A program made the translations under genes and the position numbers. Positions 30,146 to 41,504 of a stretch of 64,000 nt of DNA are shown in pieces. How positions within the stretch are numbered: position 1 is the stretch's first letter; each line of letters begins with the position of its first letter. The notes under the pieces are model-generated. The model saw only the letters and a program-made list of their open reading frames with translations. It was not told the origin of the DNA and searched no databases. Source of the stretch: Nitrospinales bacterium (lineage in GTDB: Bacteria > Nitrospinota > Nitrospinia > Nitrospinales > JAJDAT01); NCBI GenBank assembly GCA_046757665.1, contig JBHHYO010000004.1, positions 1 to 64,000 on the forward strand, written 5' to 3'.

Positions 30146-32141
30146 GGACAGGTTGCTTGGATTTCAGTTGGCCTTTTGCCCGAGCGTCTCGCGGGCTTTC
30201 TCCGTCGTGGTGGGAATGACTCTTTTTCCCGTTTCCGGAAACCGCCGCCGGAGTTTTCGACGACTGTTTATAATAAAATGCGGAGATGGTTTCAAACAGG
30301 CCTTCCGGGTCCAGCTTAAGATTTTTGCGGATGATCTTCGGCGCTCCATGCTCGACGACGACATTGCCCACGCCAATGCGCTTTACCCGCAGATTGGAAA
30401 GAGCGTCGTTTTGTTCGAGCGCTTCGAGGACCGCCGACCCGAACCCGCCGTCCAGGGAATGTTCCTCCACCGTAACCAAGTGCCCCGTCGAACGAGCGTA
30501 TTTTAAAATCATCTCGCTGTCCACGGGCTTGGCAAACCGGGCATTGATAAGGGCAACGCTGAGACCCTCTTTCTCCAACATGGCTACCGCTTTTTCGCAA
30601 GGTTCCACCATATGGCCGTAAGCGAAAATGGCGAGGTCCGTACCATCCTGGATCAGCTCGGCCTTGCCGATTTCGAGCATCTTCATTTCCGGATCGACCG
30701 GCACGCCAAGCGTCGTGCCACGCGGATACCGCAGAGCCGAGGGGCCGGGATGATAAATCGAAGTTTTGAGCATATGACGCAATTCATTTTCATCTTTCGG
30801 CGCCATCACGACCATGTTGGGCAACGTCCGCAAATAGGCGATATCGTACATGCCTTGATGGGTGGAACCGTCCTCGCCGACAATACCCGCACGGTCCATG
30901 GCGAAGGTGACGGGAATATTCATCAGGCAAATGTCGTGAACCACCTGGTCATAGGCCCGTTGCAGGAAAGTGGAATAAATCGCCGCGACCGGGCGCAGTC
31001 CTTCCAGCGCCATCGCCCCGGCAAATCCCACGCAATGTTGCTCGGCCATGCCCACATCGAAGGTTCGGTCGGGAAACACCTTTTCAAACTTGTCGATCCC
31101 CGTACCGTCGGGCATCGCCGCCGTCAGGCCAATAATTGTTTCGTCTTCATGCGCCAGTTCGATCAACGCTTCCGCAAACACCGCCGTATAGGCCGGGTTG
31201 GATTTCTTTTTATGAAACTGTCCGGTGGAAATATCAAAAGGCTTGGCGCCGTGCCAGAGATGAGCCTTTTCCTCGGCCACCTTGTATCCCTTTCCCTTTT
31301 GTGTAATCACATGGATCAGGGTGGGGCCTTTCAGGTCCTTGATAGTCTCGAAGGAATCAATCAGCAGGTCAACGTCATGACCGTCAATGGGGCCGATATA
31401 CCGCAGGCCCAAATCCTCGAACAAACGGCCGGGAATAAAAATACCCTTTATCGCTTCATCGACCTTGTGGGCATACCGGGAGATCTCTTTGCCGATCCCC
31501 GGAACGGCAAGCAAAAGTTCATCCACTTCCTCCTTGATTTTGGTCATCACCTGACCGGTCATAATCTGGCTCAGATGCGCGGACATGCCGCCGACATTGG
31601 GGGCAATGGACATTTCATTGTCGTTCAAAACGACGATCACGTCGTTTTTAAGATGCCCGGTATGGTTCAAGCCTTCCAGGGCCATGCCGGACGTCAGGGA
31701 GCCGTCGCCGATGATCGCCACGACCTTGTTGTTTTCCTTTTTTTGATCGCGGGCCGTGGCAAAGGCCAACGCCGCCGATATGGAGGTGCCCCCATGGCCG
31801 CAGTTCCATTGATCGTAAGGACTTTCCTCCCTGCGGGTAAACCCGCACAATCCCTGGTACTGGCGTAGCGTGCTAAAGCGGTCTCTTCTGCCCGTCAGCA
31901 GTTTGTGAACATAGGACTGGTGGCCCACGTCCCAAACAAACTTGTCCACCGGGTTGTCAAACACGTAATGCAGAGCCAGGGTCAACTCCACCACACCCAT
32001 GTTGGAGGCCAGATGCCCGCCATTTACCGAAATGACTTCCAAAAGCTTTTGCCGAATTTCCTCGGCGACCTGGGGCAATTTCTTCGTTTCGATCTTTTTT
32101 AAATCTTCCGGACTGTTGATTTGATCCAAGAGTTTGCTCAT
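30138..32141 (-). CDS. dxs: 1-deoxy-D-xylulose-5-phosphate synthase
   Basis: GGHLASN.GVVELT, WDVGHQSY.HK, IGDG, YSTFLQRAYDQ, DRAGIVGEDG.THQG. Confidence 0.98.
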   Translation of the reverse strand: MSKLLDQINSPEDLKKIETKKLPQVAEEIRQKLLEVISVNGGHLASNMGVVELTLALHYVFDNPVDKFVWDVGHQSYVHKLLTGRRDRFSTLRQYQGLCGFTRREESPYDQWNCGHGGTSISAALAFATARDQKKENNKVVAIIGDGSLTSGMALEGLNHTGHLKNDVIVVLNDNEMSIAPNVGGMSAHLSQIMTGQVMTKIKEEVDELLLAVPGIGKEISRYAHKVDEAIKGIFIPGRLFEDLGLRYIGPIDGHDVDLLIDSFETIKDLKGPTLIHVITQKGKGYKVAEEKAHLWHGAKPFDISTGQFHKKKSNPAYTAVFAEALIELAHEDETIIGLTAAMPDGTGIDKFEKVFPDRTFDVGMAEQHCVGFAGAMALEGLRPVAAIYSTFLQRAYDQVVHDICLMNIPVTFAMDRAGIVGEDGSTHQGMYDIAYLRTLPNMVVMAPKDENELRHMLKTSIYHPGPSALRYPRGTTLGVPVDPEMKMLEIGKAELIQDGTDLAIFAYGHMVEPCEKAVAMLEKEGLSVALINARFAKPVDSEMILKYARSTGHLVTVEEHSLDGGFGSAVLEALEQNDALSNLRVKRIGVGNVVVEHGAPKIIRKNLKLDPEGLFETISAFYYKQSSKTPAAVSGNGKKSHSHHDGESPRDARAKGQLKSKQPVHG

Positions 32142-32154
32142 GAGCCGTTCCAGG

Positions 32155-33045
32155 TCAGAAGGTTCGTTCTACAAAGAAGCGGGCGATCCCTCGAAGGGGG
32201 TCCGCTCGCTCATCGAAATCCTGTAAACTGGCGATCGCTTCCTCAACCAATTCATCGGCTTTTTGCCTGGACTCTTCCAGACCGAACAACGCGGGATAAG
32301 TCGCCTTGTTCTTATCAACATCACTGCCGATGTCTTTCCCTAACGATTTCTCGTCGCCGGTGATATCAAGAATATCATCAACAATTTGAAAAGCCAATCC
32401 AATATGCGCCCCATACCGGGAAAGTGCATCGAGCTGAGCCGGGTCGGCCTGACTCAAAATTGCTCCGCAACGGATACAGGCACGGATGAGAAATCCAGTT
32501 TTATAAATATGGATATATTCCAAGGTCGCCGCATCTATGGCGCTTTCCTGGGATTCAATATCAACCACCTGCCCGCCGATCATTCCGGTCGTTCCCAACG
32601 CACCCGCCATTTCATGGGAAGCTTTCAGAATACAGGCTGGTGGAATACCGTCCATCAGCATGGCGTTGGTCATTACGATGAACGCCTGGGTCAACAAACC
32701 GTCTCCGGCCAATATCGCAATCGCCTCGCCGAATGCCTTGTGGTTGGTCGGTTTGCCGCGCCGAAAATTGTCATCATCCAGAGCCGGGAGGTCATCGTGA
32801 ATCAGCGTGTAGGTATGAACAAACTCCGCGGCAACCGCAAATGGAAGGACAACATGCCGATTTCCACCTACCGCCTCGGCGGCCGCCAAGACCAGAATGG
32901 GGCGTAGCCGCTTGCCGCCGGCACGCACGCTGTAGAGCATCGACTGGTGAATACTTTCAGGAAAGGTCCCCTTTTCTGGTAAATACCGGCCTAAAACCTC
33001 ATCGATTAACTTTTTGCCTTCAGATAAATATTGCTTGGCGGACAA
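32155..33045 (-). CDS. ispA: Polyprenyl (farnesyl/geranylgeranyl) diphosphate synthase
   Basis: GGKRLRP, LIHDDLPALDDDNFRRGKPT.H, FQIVDDILD. Start uncertain (TTG). Confidence 0.93.
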   Translation of the reverse strand: MSAKQYLSEGKKLIDEVLGRYLPEKGTFPESIHQSMLYSVRAGGKRLRPILVLAAAEAVGGNRHVVLPFAVAAEFVHTYTLIHDDLPALDDDNFRRGKPTNHKAFGEAIAILAGDGLLTQAFIVMTNAMLMDGIPPACILKASHEMAGALGTTGMIGGQVVDIESQESAIDAATLEYIHIYKTGFLIRACIRCGAILSQADPAQLDALSRYGAHIGLAFQIVDDILDITGDEKSLGKDIGSDVDKNKATYPALFGLEESRQKADELVEEAIASLQDFDERADPLRGIARFFVERTF

Positions 33046-33208
33046 GATCTCTGGACATCACTCCCTTTAGGTAATCGAATTCCATCAGCCGTAAACTAAT
33101 ACGATGCTAACACAAATCATGCTACAGTCAACCCTATTCCCGAATTTGAACCAATTGTTTTTTCTGCCCTTTTTGTTTCCCCACAGCCCGGCCCAATTGG
33201 TAAAAATA

Positions 33209-33237
33209 TTGATCCCGACGCTTTTATAGTCCATAAT
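33209..33237 (+). promoter_or_regulatory. Putative sigma70 promoter of nhaD
   Basis: TTGATC-N17-CATAAT. Confidence 0.5.
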
Positions 33238-33308
33238 GCCCCCCTCTAGCATAACCGGTAATACCGCCAGCCAAATAGTCTGCCCCTGCAACTTTTCAGG
33301 ATGGAACC

Positions 33309-34643
33309 ATGCCGAAACTAATCGACAGCTGGGTCGCAAGCACCGCTCTCATCAGCTTCCTGATCGCTTACATCCTGGTGGTTCTCGAAGAGAAGCTTCA
33401 TCTGAGAAAATCGAAACCCGTCGTTCTGATCGGGTGTTTCATGTGGATGCTGATCGGCATTTACGAAGCGGAGCATGGGGTAAGTGGCGCGCACGAGTTC
33501 TTGAAGCACCTTATTGCGGAAATCGGGGAGCTGTTTTTCTTTCTCCTGGTGGCGATGACCTACATCAACACGATGGACGAACGCAACGTCTTCAAAGTCT
33601 TGCGTTCCTGGTTGCTCGCCAGGGAAATGGGATTTCGCAAGTTGTATTGGACGACCGGAGGGATCACCTTTATATTGTCTCCCCTGGCGGACAACCTGAC
33701 CAGCGCCTTGCTGATGTCCACCGTGGCCTTGGCCGTCAGCAATGGCAACACCAAGTTTATCGTCCCCGCCTTCGTCAATATCGTGGTCGCGGCAAACGCC
33801 GGCGGCGCCTGGAGCCCGTTTGGCGACATCACCACCCTGATGGTCTGGACCTCGGGCAAAGTCCATACCCTGGACTTTGCCTACCTGATTCTCCCTTCCA
33901 TCGTCAATTGGGTAACGCCGGCCTTAATCATGTATTTCTTCATCCCCAACGAACACCCCAAACAATCGCAAGAAAGCATCAAATTGAAACCCGGCGCCAA
34001 GGTGATCATTGGCCTGGGCATCCTGACCATCGCCACCGCGGTTTCCTTTCACCAGTTCCTTCATCTGCCGCCGTACCTCGGCATGATGTTCGGCCTGGGA
34101 CTTTTGATGTTCAAGGGATACTACTTGAAAAGATGGGGCGGCGAGCCGGAATTTTTGCAATCCATCGGCATCAGGAAAGACCGCAGAAGATACCGGCGGT
34201 TCGACCTTTTCAAAAGAGTGGAAGGCGTCGAGTTCGACACCCTGCTGTTCTTCTTCGGAGTGCTCACCGCCGTCGGCGCGCTTCAATACATCGGATACCT
34301 CGCCTACGTCAGCAATGCCTTCTACGGAACGCTGGGGCCGACGGCGTCCAACATCCTGGTCGGCGTCCTCTCCGCCATCGTCGACAACATTCCCGTCATG
34401 TACGCCGTGTTGAAAATGGACCCCGCGATGGGTTTGGACCAATGGTTATTGATCACTCTCACCTGCGGCGTGGGGGGCAGTTTGCTGTCGATTGGTTCCG
34501 CGGCGGGCGTTGCCGTTATGGGCGTTGACCGGAACAGTTATACGTTCATGTCCCATATGAAATGGGCTCCCGCCATCGCCGCCGGTTATATCCTCAGCAT
34601 CCTGGCATGGTGGGCGGTTTTGAAGGTTGCGGGCTTGCACTGA
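33309..34643 (+). CDS. nhaD: Na+/H+ antiporter NhaD family
   Basis: EEKLHLRKSKP, LVAMTYIN, SPLADNLT, ANAGGAWSPFGDITTLMVW, SAIVDNIP, GGSLLSIGSAAGV. Confidence 0.92.
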   Translation: MPKLIDSWVASTALISFLIAYILVVLEEKLHLRKSKPVVLIGCFMWMLIGIYEAEHGVSGAHEFLKHLIAEIGELFFFLLVAMTYINTMDERNVFKVLRSWLLAREMGFRKLYWTTGGITFILSPLADNLTSALLMSTVALAVSNGNTKFIVPAFVNIVVAANAGGAWSPFGDITTLMVWTSGKVHTLDFAYLILPSIVNWVTPALIMYFFIPNEHPKQSQESIKLKPGAKVIIGLGILTIATAVSFHQFLHLPPYLGMMFGLGLLMFKGYYLKRWGGEPEFLQSIGIRKDRRRYRRFDLFKRVEGVEFDTLLFFFGVLTAVGALQYIGYLAYVSNAFYGTLGPTASNILVGVLSAIVDNIPVMYAVLKMDPAMGLDQWLLITLTCGVGGSLLSIGSAAGVAVMGVDRNSYTFMSHMKWAPAIAAGYILSILAWWAVLKVAGLH

Positions 34644-34671
34644 CCCGGCCTGCTTTCGCCACATCGGCGGG

Positions 34672-35436
34672 TCAGGCGCGAGCAAGGGTGAACACGAAAA
34701 CGCGGCGCGCCCCGGATTTTTTCAAAACCCTTGCCGCCTCATTGACCGTCGCCCCCGTGGTGAAAACATCATCGACCAGAAGAATATTCCGGCCCTTCAA
34801 TTCTTCCGGCCGCGTTACCCGGAACGCTCCGCGCACGTTTTGCAACCGGTCGCCCTTGCTCATCCCCGCCTGCGGCTCGGTTTTTTTAATCCTCACCAAC
34901 CGGCCGGCATCCAGCGGCAAGTCGGCCGCTTTCGCAACCTCCCGGGCAATCAAATACGATTGGTCGAAACCCCGTTCCTTCATTTTGGCGACATGCAGGG
35001 GCGCCGGCACCACCAGAAAATCCCGGCAGTTCCCCTTTTCTTCCGCGAAATATGCCTGAAGCAACGGCTCGATCTCCTCAACAATTCCAGGTTGCCTGCC
35101 ATATTTGAAAAGCAGGATCAACTGCTTCAAAACCGTTTCATAGAGACCCAGCGAACGCGCCCGGTCGAAATAAGGCGCGTCCTTGCGGCAAACCGCACAC
35201 TTGAATTCTTGATGAGGGAAATCGTACCCTATTTCCGCGGGCCGGCCGCAGTGATCGCAGAAGGGGCGGGTAATCCACACCAAATCCTCGCGGCACAGAC
35301 CGCATAAAAACGGGCCGCCGTCCTCGCGCTCGCCTTCGCAATAAACACATTTTTGCGGAAACAAAACATCCAGCAACTTATCCAGAATGTCGCGCAGAAA
35401 TGTCTCCCGCCGGCTGTTTGTCCGCATGGCTCCCAT
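34672..35436 (-). CDS. comF: ComF family phosphoribosyltransferase-like protein with zinc ribbon
   Basis: LFP..CxxC, further CxxC pairs, ERGFDQS, R.QNV.GAF, LLVDDVFTTGAT. Start 35436 or 35427. Confidence 0.92.
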   Translation of the reverse strand: MGAMRTNSRRETFLRDILDKLLDVLFPQKCVYCEGEREDGGPFLCGLCREDLVWITRPFCDHCGRPAEIGYDFPHQEFKCAVCRKDAPYFDRARSLGLYETVLKQLILLFKYGRQPGIVEEIEPLLQAYFAEEKGNCRDFLVVPAPLHVAKMKERGFDQSYLIAREVAKAADLPLDAGRLVRIKKTEPQAGMSKGDRLQNVRGAFRVTRPEELKGRNILLVDDVFTTGATVNEAARVLKKSGARRVFVFTLARA

Positions 35437-35585
35437 TAGCTCAACCGTTTTCCCGGACAAGCGCCCGGAGAACACCGGTAGCTTTTCAATATATTTTTCG
35501 CCTCAAATTATGATAAAGTTTGCGTTCCCCAGACGGGAACGAAATCGAACAACCCTTGCAAATCCAGGTCAACCCGTTTTTCAAC

Positions 35586-36773
35586 ATGAAAACCAACGAA
35601 GACATTATCCGGCTGACCCAAACCCACGTCGCCGCCACTTACGGACGATACCCCATTGCCCTGGTGCGCGGCAAGGGGAGCAAGGTATGGGACGCATCGG
35701 GCAAGGCCTACATCGATTTTGTTTCCGGGCTGGCCACGGACAACCTGGGCCATTGCCATCCCGCCGTCGTCAAGGCCATCCGCGCCCAGGCCGGACGGTT
35801 ACTGCACGTCTCCAACTTATACCATATCGAACCGCAATCGGAACTGGCGGCGGAACTGACTGGGCACTGCTTTGCGGACAAAGTCTTCTTCTGCAACAGC
35901 GGAACGGAAGCCAACGAGGCGGCGATCAAGCTGGTGCGCCGATTCTTTCACGATAAAGGGTTCCGCGGCCCCCATGAAATCATTACCATGAAAAACTCTT
36001 TTCATGGCCGAACCCTGGGCTCTCTTTCCGCCACCGCGCAGAAAAAGTTTCACGACGGATTCGGGCCGCTGTTGTCGGGATTCAAATACGTTCCCTTCAA
36101 TGACATCCACGCCGTGGAAAAAGCCGTTACGCCCAAAACCCGCGCCATCCTGGTCGAACCCATTCAGGGAGAAGGCGGCGTTTATCCGGCGGACAAATCG
36201 TATCTCAAGGCCCTGAAAAAAATCTGCCGCGCCAACAACCTGTTGCTGATTTTCGATGAAGTGCAAACCGCTTTTGGCCGCACGGGCGCGCTGTTCGCCT
36301 ACGAACTCTTCGGCGTCAAGCCGGACATCATCACGCTGGCCAAGGCGCTGGGCGGTGGCGCGGCCATCGGCGCCATGGCCGCTTCCAACCGGGTGATGAA
36401 ATCCTTCGTTCCCGGAACCCACGCCGCCACCTTCGGCGGCAATCCCCTGGCGTGCGCCGCCGCCCTGGCCTCACTGCGGGTCATTGCCCGGGAAGGGTTC
36501 CTGCAAAAAAGCCGAAAGACGGGAGACTATTTTCTGTCCCGCCTGCAAAGCCTGCGCGCTCCCGTCATCAGGCAGGTCAGGGGCGTGGGGCTGATGCTGG
36601 CCGTGGAGTTGAAAAAACCCGGCGCCCCCATCGTGGCGGATTGTATGCGCCAGGGGTTTTTGATAAACTGCATTCAGCAAAATATACTCAGATTCATACC
36701 TCCCCTGGTCATCACTAAAAAGGAAATCGATGGCTTGATCGAAGTGTTGTCCCGTAGCCTTGAAAAACTCTGA
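35586..36773 (+). CDS. argD: Acetylornithine aminotransferase
   Basis: LGHCHP, NSGTEANEAA.K, SFHGRT, EPIQGEGG, DEVQT, AKALGGG, TFGGNPLA, directly upstream of argF. Confidence 0.93.
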   Translation: MKTNEDIIRLTQTHVAATYGRYPIALVRGKGSKVWDASGKAYIDFVSGLATDNLGHCHPAVVKAIRAQAGRLLHVSNLYHIEPQSELAAELTGHCFADKVFFCNSGTEANEAAIKLVRRFFHDKGFRGPHEIITMKNSFHGRTLGSLSATAQKKFHDGFGPLLSGFKYVPFNDIHAVEKAVTPKTRAILVEPIQGEGGVYPADKSYLKALKKICRANNLLLIFDEVQTAFGRTGALFAYELFGVKPDIITLAKALGGGAAIGAMAASNRVMKSFVPGTHAATFGGNPLACAAALASLRVIAREGFLQKSRKTGDYFLSRLQSLRAPVIRQVRGVGLMLAVELKKPGAPIVADCMRQGFLINCIQQNILRFIPPLVITKKEIDGLIEVLSRSLEKL

Positions 36774-36824
36774 GGCCGCCCGGCGCCGCGGTTGTCCATC
36801 CGTTCCCTTCCTCGCCAGGGAAGG

Positions 36825-38880
<2,056 letters not shown>

Positions 38881-38893
38881 GGGACGGGCCGGA

Positions 38894-39256
38894 CTACGCC
38901 CTGCCCTCCTCGATAATCCCCTTTATCTTGAACTCATTGATGATGTAGCCGGAGCGTTTCGGAATCCCCGATTGAAACGCCGATTTGAGAAGCAGAGCCT
39001 TTTCCTTGTCCAGCGCGGCATACAACCGGTTGAAAATACCCTCGGCAAAATACAGCGTCAGGTTCAGCGCCGCCTGCCGATACACATACGGATAACCGCC
39101 GCGTATCGGGTTGCCGCGAATGGGCTGGTATTGCACATGCGCCGACGGCAGAAACGAAGCGATTTCCCGCCAGCCGTTGCCCCGTTCCTTCAAGTCCCGC
39201 GCGACAGACGACAACAATACATGCTCATCCGGAAGCTCGTAGGTATAACTCGGCAT
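38894..39256 (-). CDS. Hypothetical protein (120 aa)
   Basis: ATG after GAGGG. Fills the gap between the methyltransferase and the convergent tgt. Protein-like composition. Confidence 0.6.
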   Translation of the reverse strand: MPSYTYELPDEHVLLSSVARDLKERGNGWREIASFLPSAHVQYQPIRGNPIRGGYPYVYRQAALNLTLYFAEGIFNRLYAALDKEKALLLKSAFQSGIPKRSGYIINEFKIKGIIEEGRA

Positions 39257-39285
39257 CGATTCCCTCGAAAGGTTGGCATTTACAA

Positions 39286-40125
39286 TTATGAAACGTCGGA
39301 TGCCCCGTTGAATGCCGGCCGCGCGCGCATGGCAAGAAACAAAGGGATTTCCTTGCGCGCCCGGTTTTCCGCCCGCGACCTTTTTCCGGGCTGGCTGGTC
39401 TTGCCGGAGGTCCACTCTTCCAGGACATCCACCCACAACCCGGCGGAACACAGCCCGCTGAAATAACTTTGCAATGGCCGGTGGTGCGTTGTGGTGAATT
39501 TATCCGAAACCGCCATCGGCGGAGTGAGGATGGGAATATCAATTTCCGAGGCGTAATGGTCAACCCGGCGGAAGCGGATTTTTTTCTCCTCGTCCCAGCC
39601 CCAATGGGTCTGCCTCGGAATGCGGAAGCAGGGATGCGTCATGACCATCACAAACCGTCCACCGGGTTTCAGCCATCGCGCCACGTTGGCAAGCACCGGC
39701 GCAAGATTTTTCATATTCTGCACGGCCAGGAGACAGGCCACGGCGTCGAAGGTTTTCCCTTTCAAAACCCCGCCGCCGCCCGCGTCGCCGACATGAAACG
39801 GAATTTTTTTCCGGGACCGCGAGGCCGCCAATCGAACCATCTCCCGGGAAACGTCCAAACCCTCGACCCGGACGATTCCCCGGTCGAACAGATAACGCGA
39901 AAACACGCCCTGCCCGCAGGCCAGGTCCAACACCCGGTGCGTTTTCTTCACGTCCAGCAAACGAAGCGCGCCGGGCAATATGATCTCTTTCTGGTAATCG
40001 CTACCCCGGTCTCCCACCAGCGAGTCGTACCAGGCCGCGGACTGGTCCCACAGGGACAACGGCGCCGCCTGTTTGCGCCCAACGGTTTTTTTTCGACGCG
40101 GAGTTGTTTTCGATGTTGTTTTCAA
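39286..40125 (-). CDS. Class I SAM-dependent methyltransferase
   Basis: VLDLACGQG, GLDVS..M, FDAVAC, LKPGGRFV...HPCF. Confidence 0.9.
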   Translation of the reverse strand: MKTTSKTTPRRKKTVGRKQAAPLSLWDQSAAWYDSLVGDRGSDYQKEIILPGALRLLDVKKTHRVLDLACGQGVFSRYLFDRGIVRVEGLDVSREMVRLAASRSRKKIPFHVGDAGGGGVLKGKTFDAVACLLAVQNMKNLAPVLANVARWLKPGGRFVMVMTHPCFRIPRQTHWGWDEEKKIRFRRVDHYASEIDIPILTPPMAVSDKFTTTHHRPLQSYFSGLCSAGLWVDVLEEWTSGKTSQPGKRSRAENRARKEIPLFLAMRARPAFNGASDVS

Positions 40126-40232
40126 AAGCCGTCAAACCGGGAGGGAAGGTTGTCTCCACGGCAAAATCATTTATAATCTATTCGGCGTTTTTCCCAAGCC
40201 GCCCCATCAATCTTATCACACGAGGCCAAGCG

Positions 40233-40709
40233 ATGAAATGTTCCCCCAGCCCCGCCGGTTTTGCCAAGGGGCTTCTGCTCTTGATTCCATTGCTGGGACT
40301 GTTTGCCTGCGCGTCCCAGAGCGGCCCCGCCAAATCGCATAAAATCCTGCAAAAAACCATCCGCGAGTACAACGACGCTTTTAAAGCCAAACGCCCGGCG
40401 GCGGCCGAGCCCTTCGTCCAGCGGGACATCCGGGAACTGTTCAAGGAAAAATACAGCGAGATCAAAAAACGGGTGACGTTCGATGAAATGGAACCTATGA
40501 AGATCGAATATTTCAAGGACGGAGTTGCCGTCAAGCAATCCGACCCCGGCCCGGAGGAAGACTTCAACGAAGCCGTATTGACCGTTCGGTACAGCGTCGT
40601 CATCTCGCCAAGCAACCGCGTCAAAACCATAACCGTGCGGCAAAAGTGGACCAGGGAAAACGACGGCCGGTGGGTCGTCGTTCCCAACCTGGAACCCTTT
40701 TCCAGATAG
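40233..40709 (+). CDS. Putative lipoprotein
   Basis: Hydrophobic leader ending in lipobox LFA-C, GAGG RBS, NTF2-like alpha/beta pattern. Confidence 0.7.
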   Translation: MKCSPSPAGFAKGLLLLIPLLGLFACASQSGPAKSHKILQKTIREYNDAFKAKRPAAAEPFVQRDIRELFKEKYSEIKKRVTFDEMEPMKIEYFKDGVAVKQSDPGPEEDFNEAVLTVRYSVVISPSNRVKTITVRQKWTRENDGRWVVVPNLEPFSR

Positions 40710-40722
40710 CGGCACAGCCTGC

Positions 40723-41412
40723 TCACACGACCACTTCAACCGGTCGATTCAGGGACACCGTGGAGGCCGTCACCCGGCAGTTGTAGCCGTAAAGCTCGAC
40801 CCCGGCGGACCGGGCGTCGCGCAGGCAATCGCCGAATTTCGGATCGATGGCGTCGTTGCCGGTAATGATTTTTGTGTCGGAACGCTGGGAGACGAAAAGA
40901 ACCACGGCGCGGGTTCCCTGCTTTCGCAGTGCCGTCAATTCCAGGACATGCCGACGGCCGCGCTCGGTCGGCGCGTCGGGGAATTTGCCCACGCCATCCT
41001 CTACCAGGCTCACCGATTTCACTTCAACGTAGGCTATACCTTTCGGGTAGCGCAACAGAAAGTCGAACCGGCTGTTTCCTTCCTTAACTTCTCTTTGGTA
41101 ACTTTCGTAACCTGACAGGCAGGCAATGTTGTTTTCTTCCAAGCCCCCCTCAACGAGACGGTTGGCAAACACCGGGAACACGCTCACCCAGATGGAGCCG
41201 TGGCGCACGAGGACCAGGGTATAGTCGGTTTTTCGTTTGGGGTTCGGCTGATAAACCAACCGCACCCGGCGGCCGGGTATCAGCAATCCCGGCAGTCTGC
41301 CGGGGTCGGGCACGTGAGCGAAAACGGTTTCCCCGGCTACCCGCGCCCGGGCGAGGTAACGGTTGGGACGCTCCAGAAATTCGCCATCCACCAGGCGGCC
41401 GCCGAGTCTCAC
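40723..41412 (-). CDS. sfsA: DNA/RNA nuclease SfsA
   Basis: RPNRY, HVPDPGRL, SRFDFLL, YVEVKSVSL, FPDAPTERGRRH. Confidence 0.95.
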   Translation of the reverse strand: MRLGGRLVDGEFLERPNRYLARARVAGETVFAHVPDPGRLPGLLIPGRRVRLVYQPNPKRKTDYTLVLVRHGSIWVSVFPVFANRLVEGGLEENNIACLSGYESYQREVKEGNSRFDFLLRYPKGIAYVEVKSVSLVEDGVGKFPDAPTERGRRHVLELTALRKQGTRAVVLFVSQRSDTKIITGNDAIDPKFGDCLRDARSAGVELYGYNCRVTASTVSLNRPVEVVV

Positions 41413-41435
41413 CGGCGCGGCGCCGGGCGGGTAAA

Positions 41436-41463
41436 GAGATGCTTCGACAAGCTCAGCATGACA
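41436..41463. repeat. REP-like short interspersed element (single arm)
   Basis: GAGATGCTTCGACAAGCTCAGCATGACA resembles the widespread GTCATGCTGAGCTTGTCGAAGCA repeat family, recognised from memory. Only one copy seen in this window. Confidence 0.55.
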
Positions 41464-41504
41464 TCCAGGAGAAATCTCATTAGGCCGATTTTTTCAGCAA
41501 CCCG

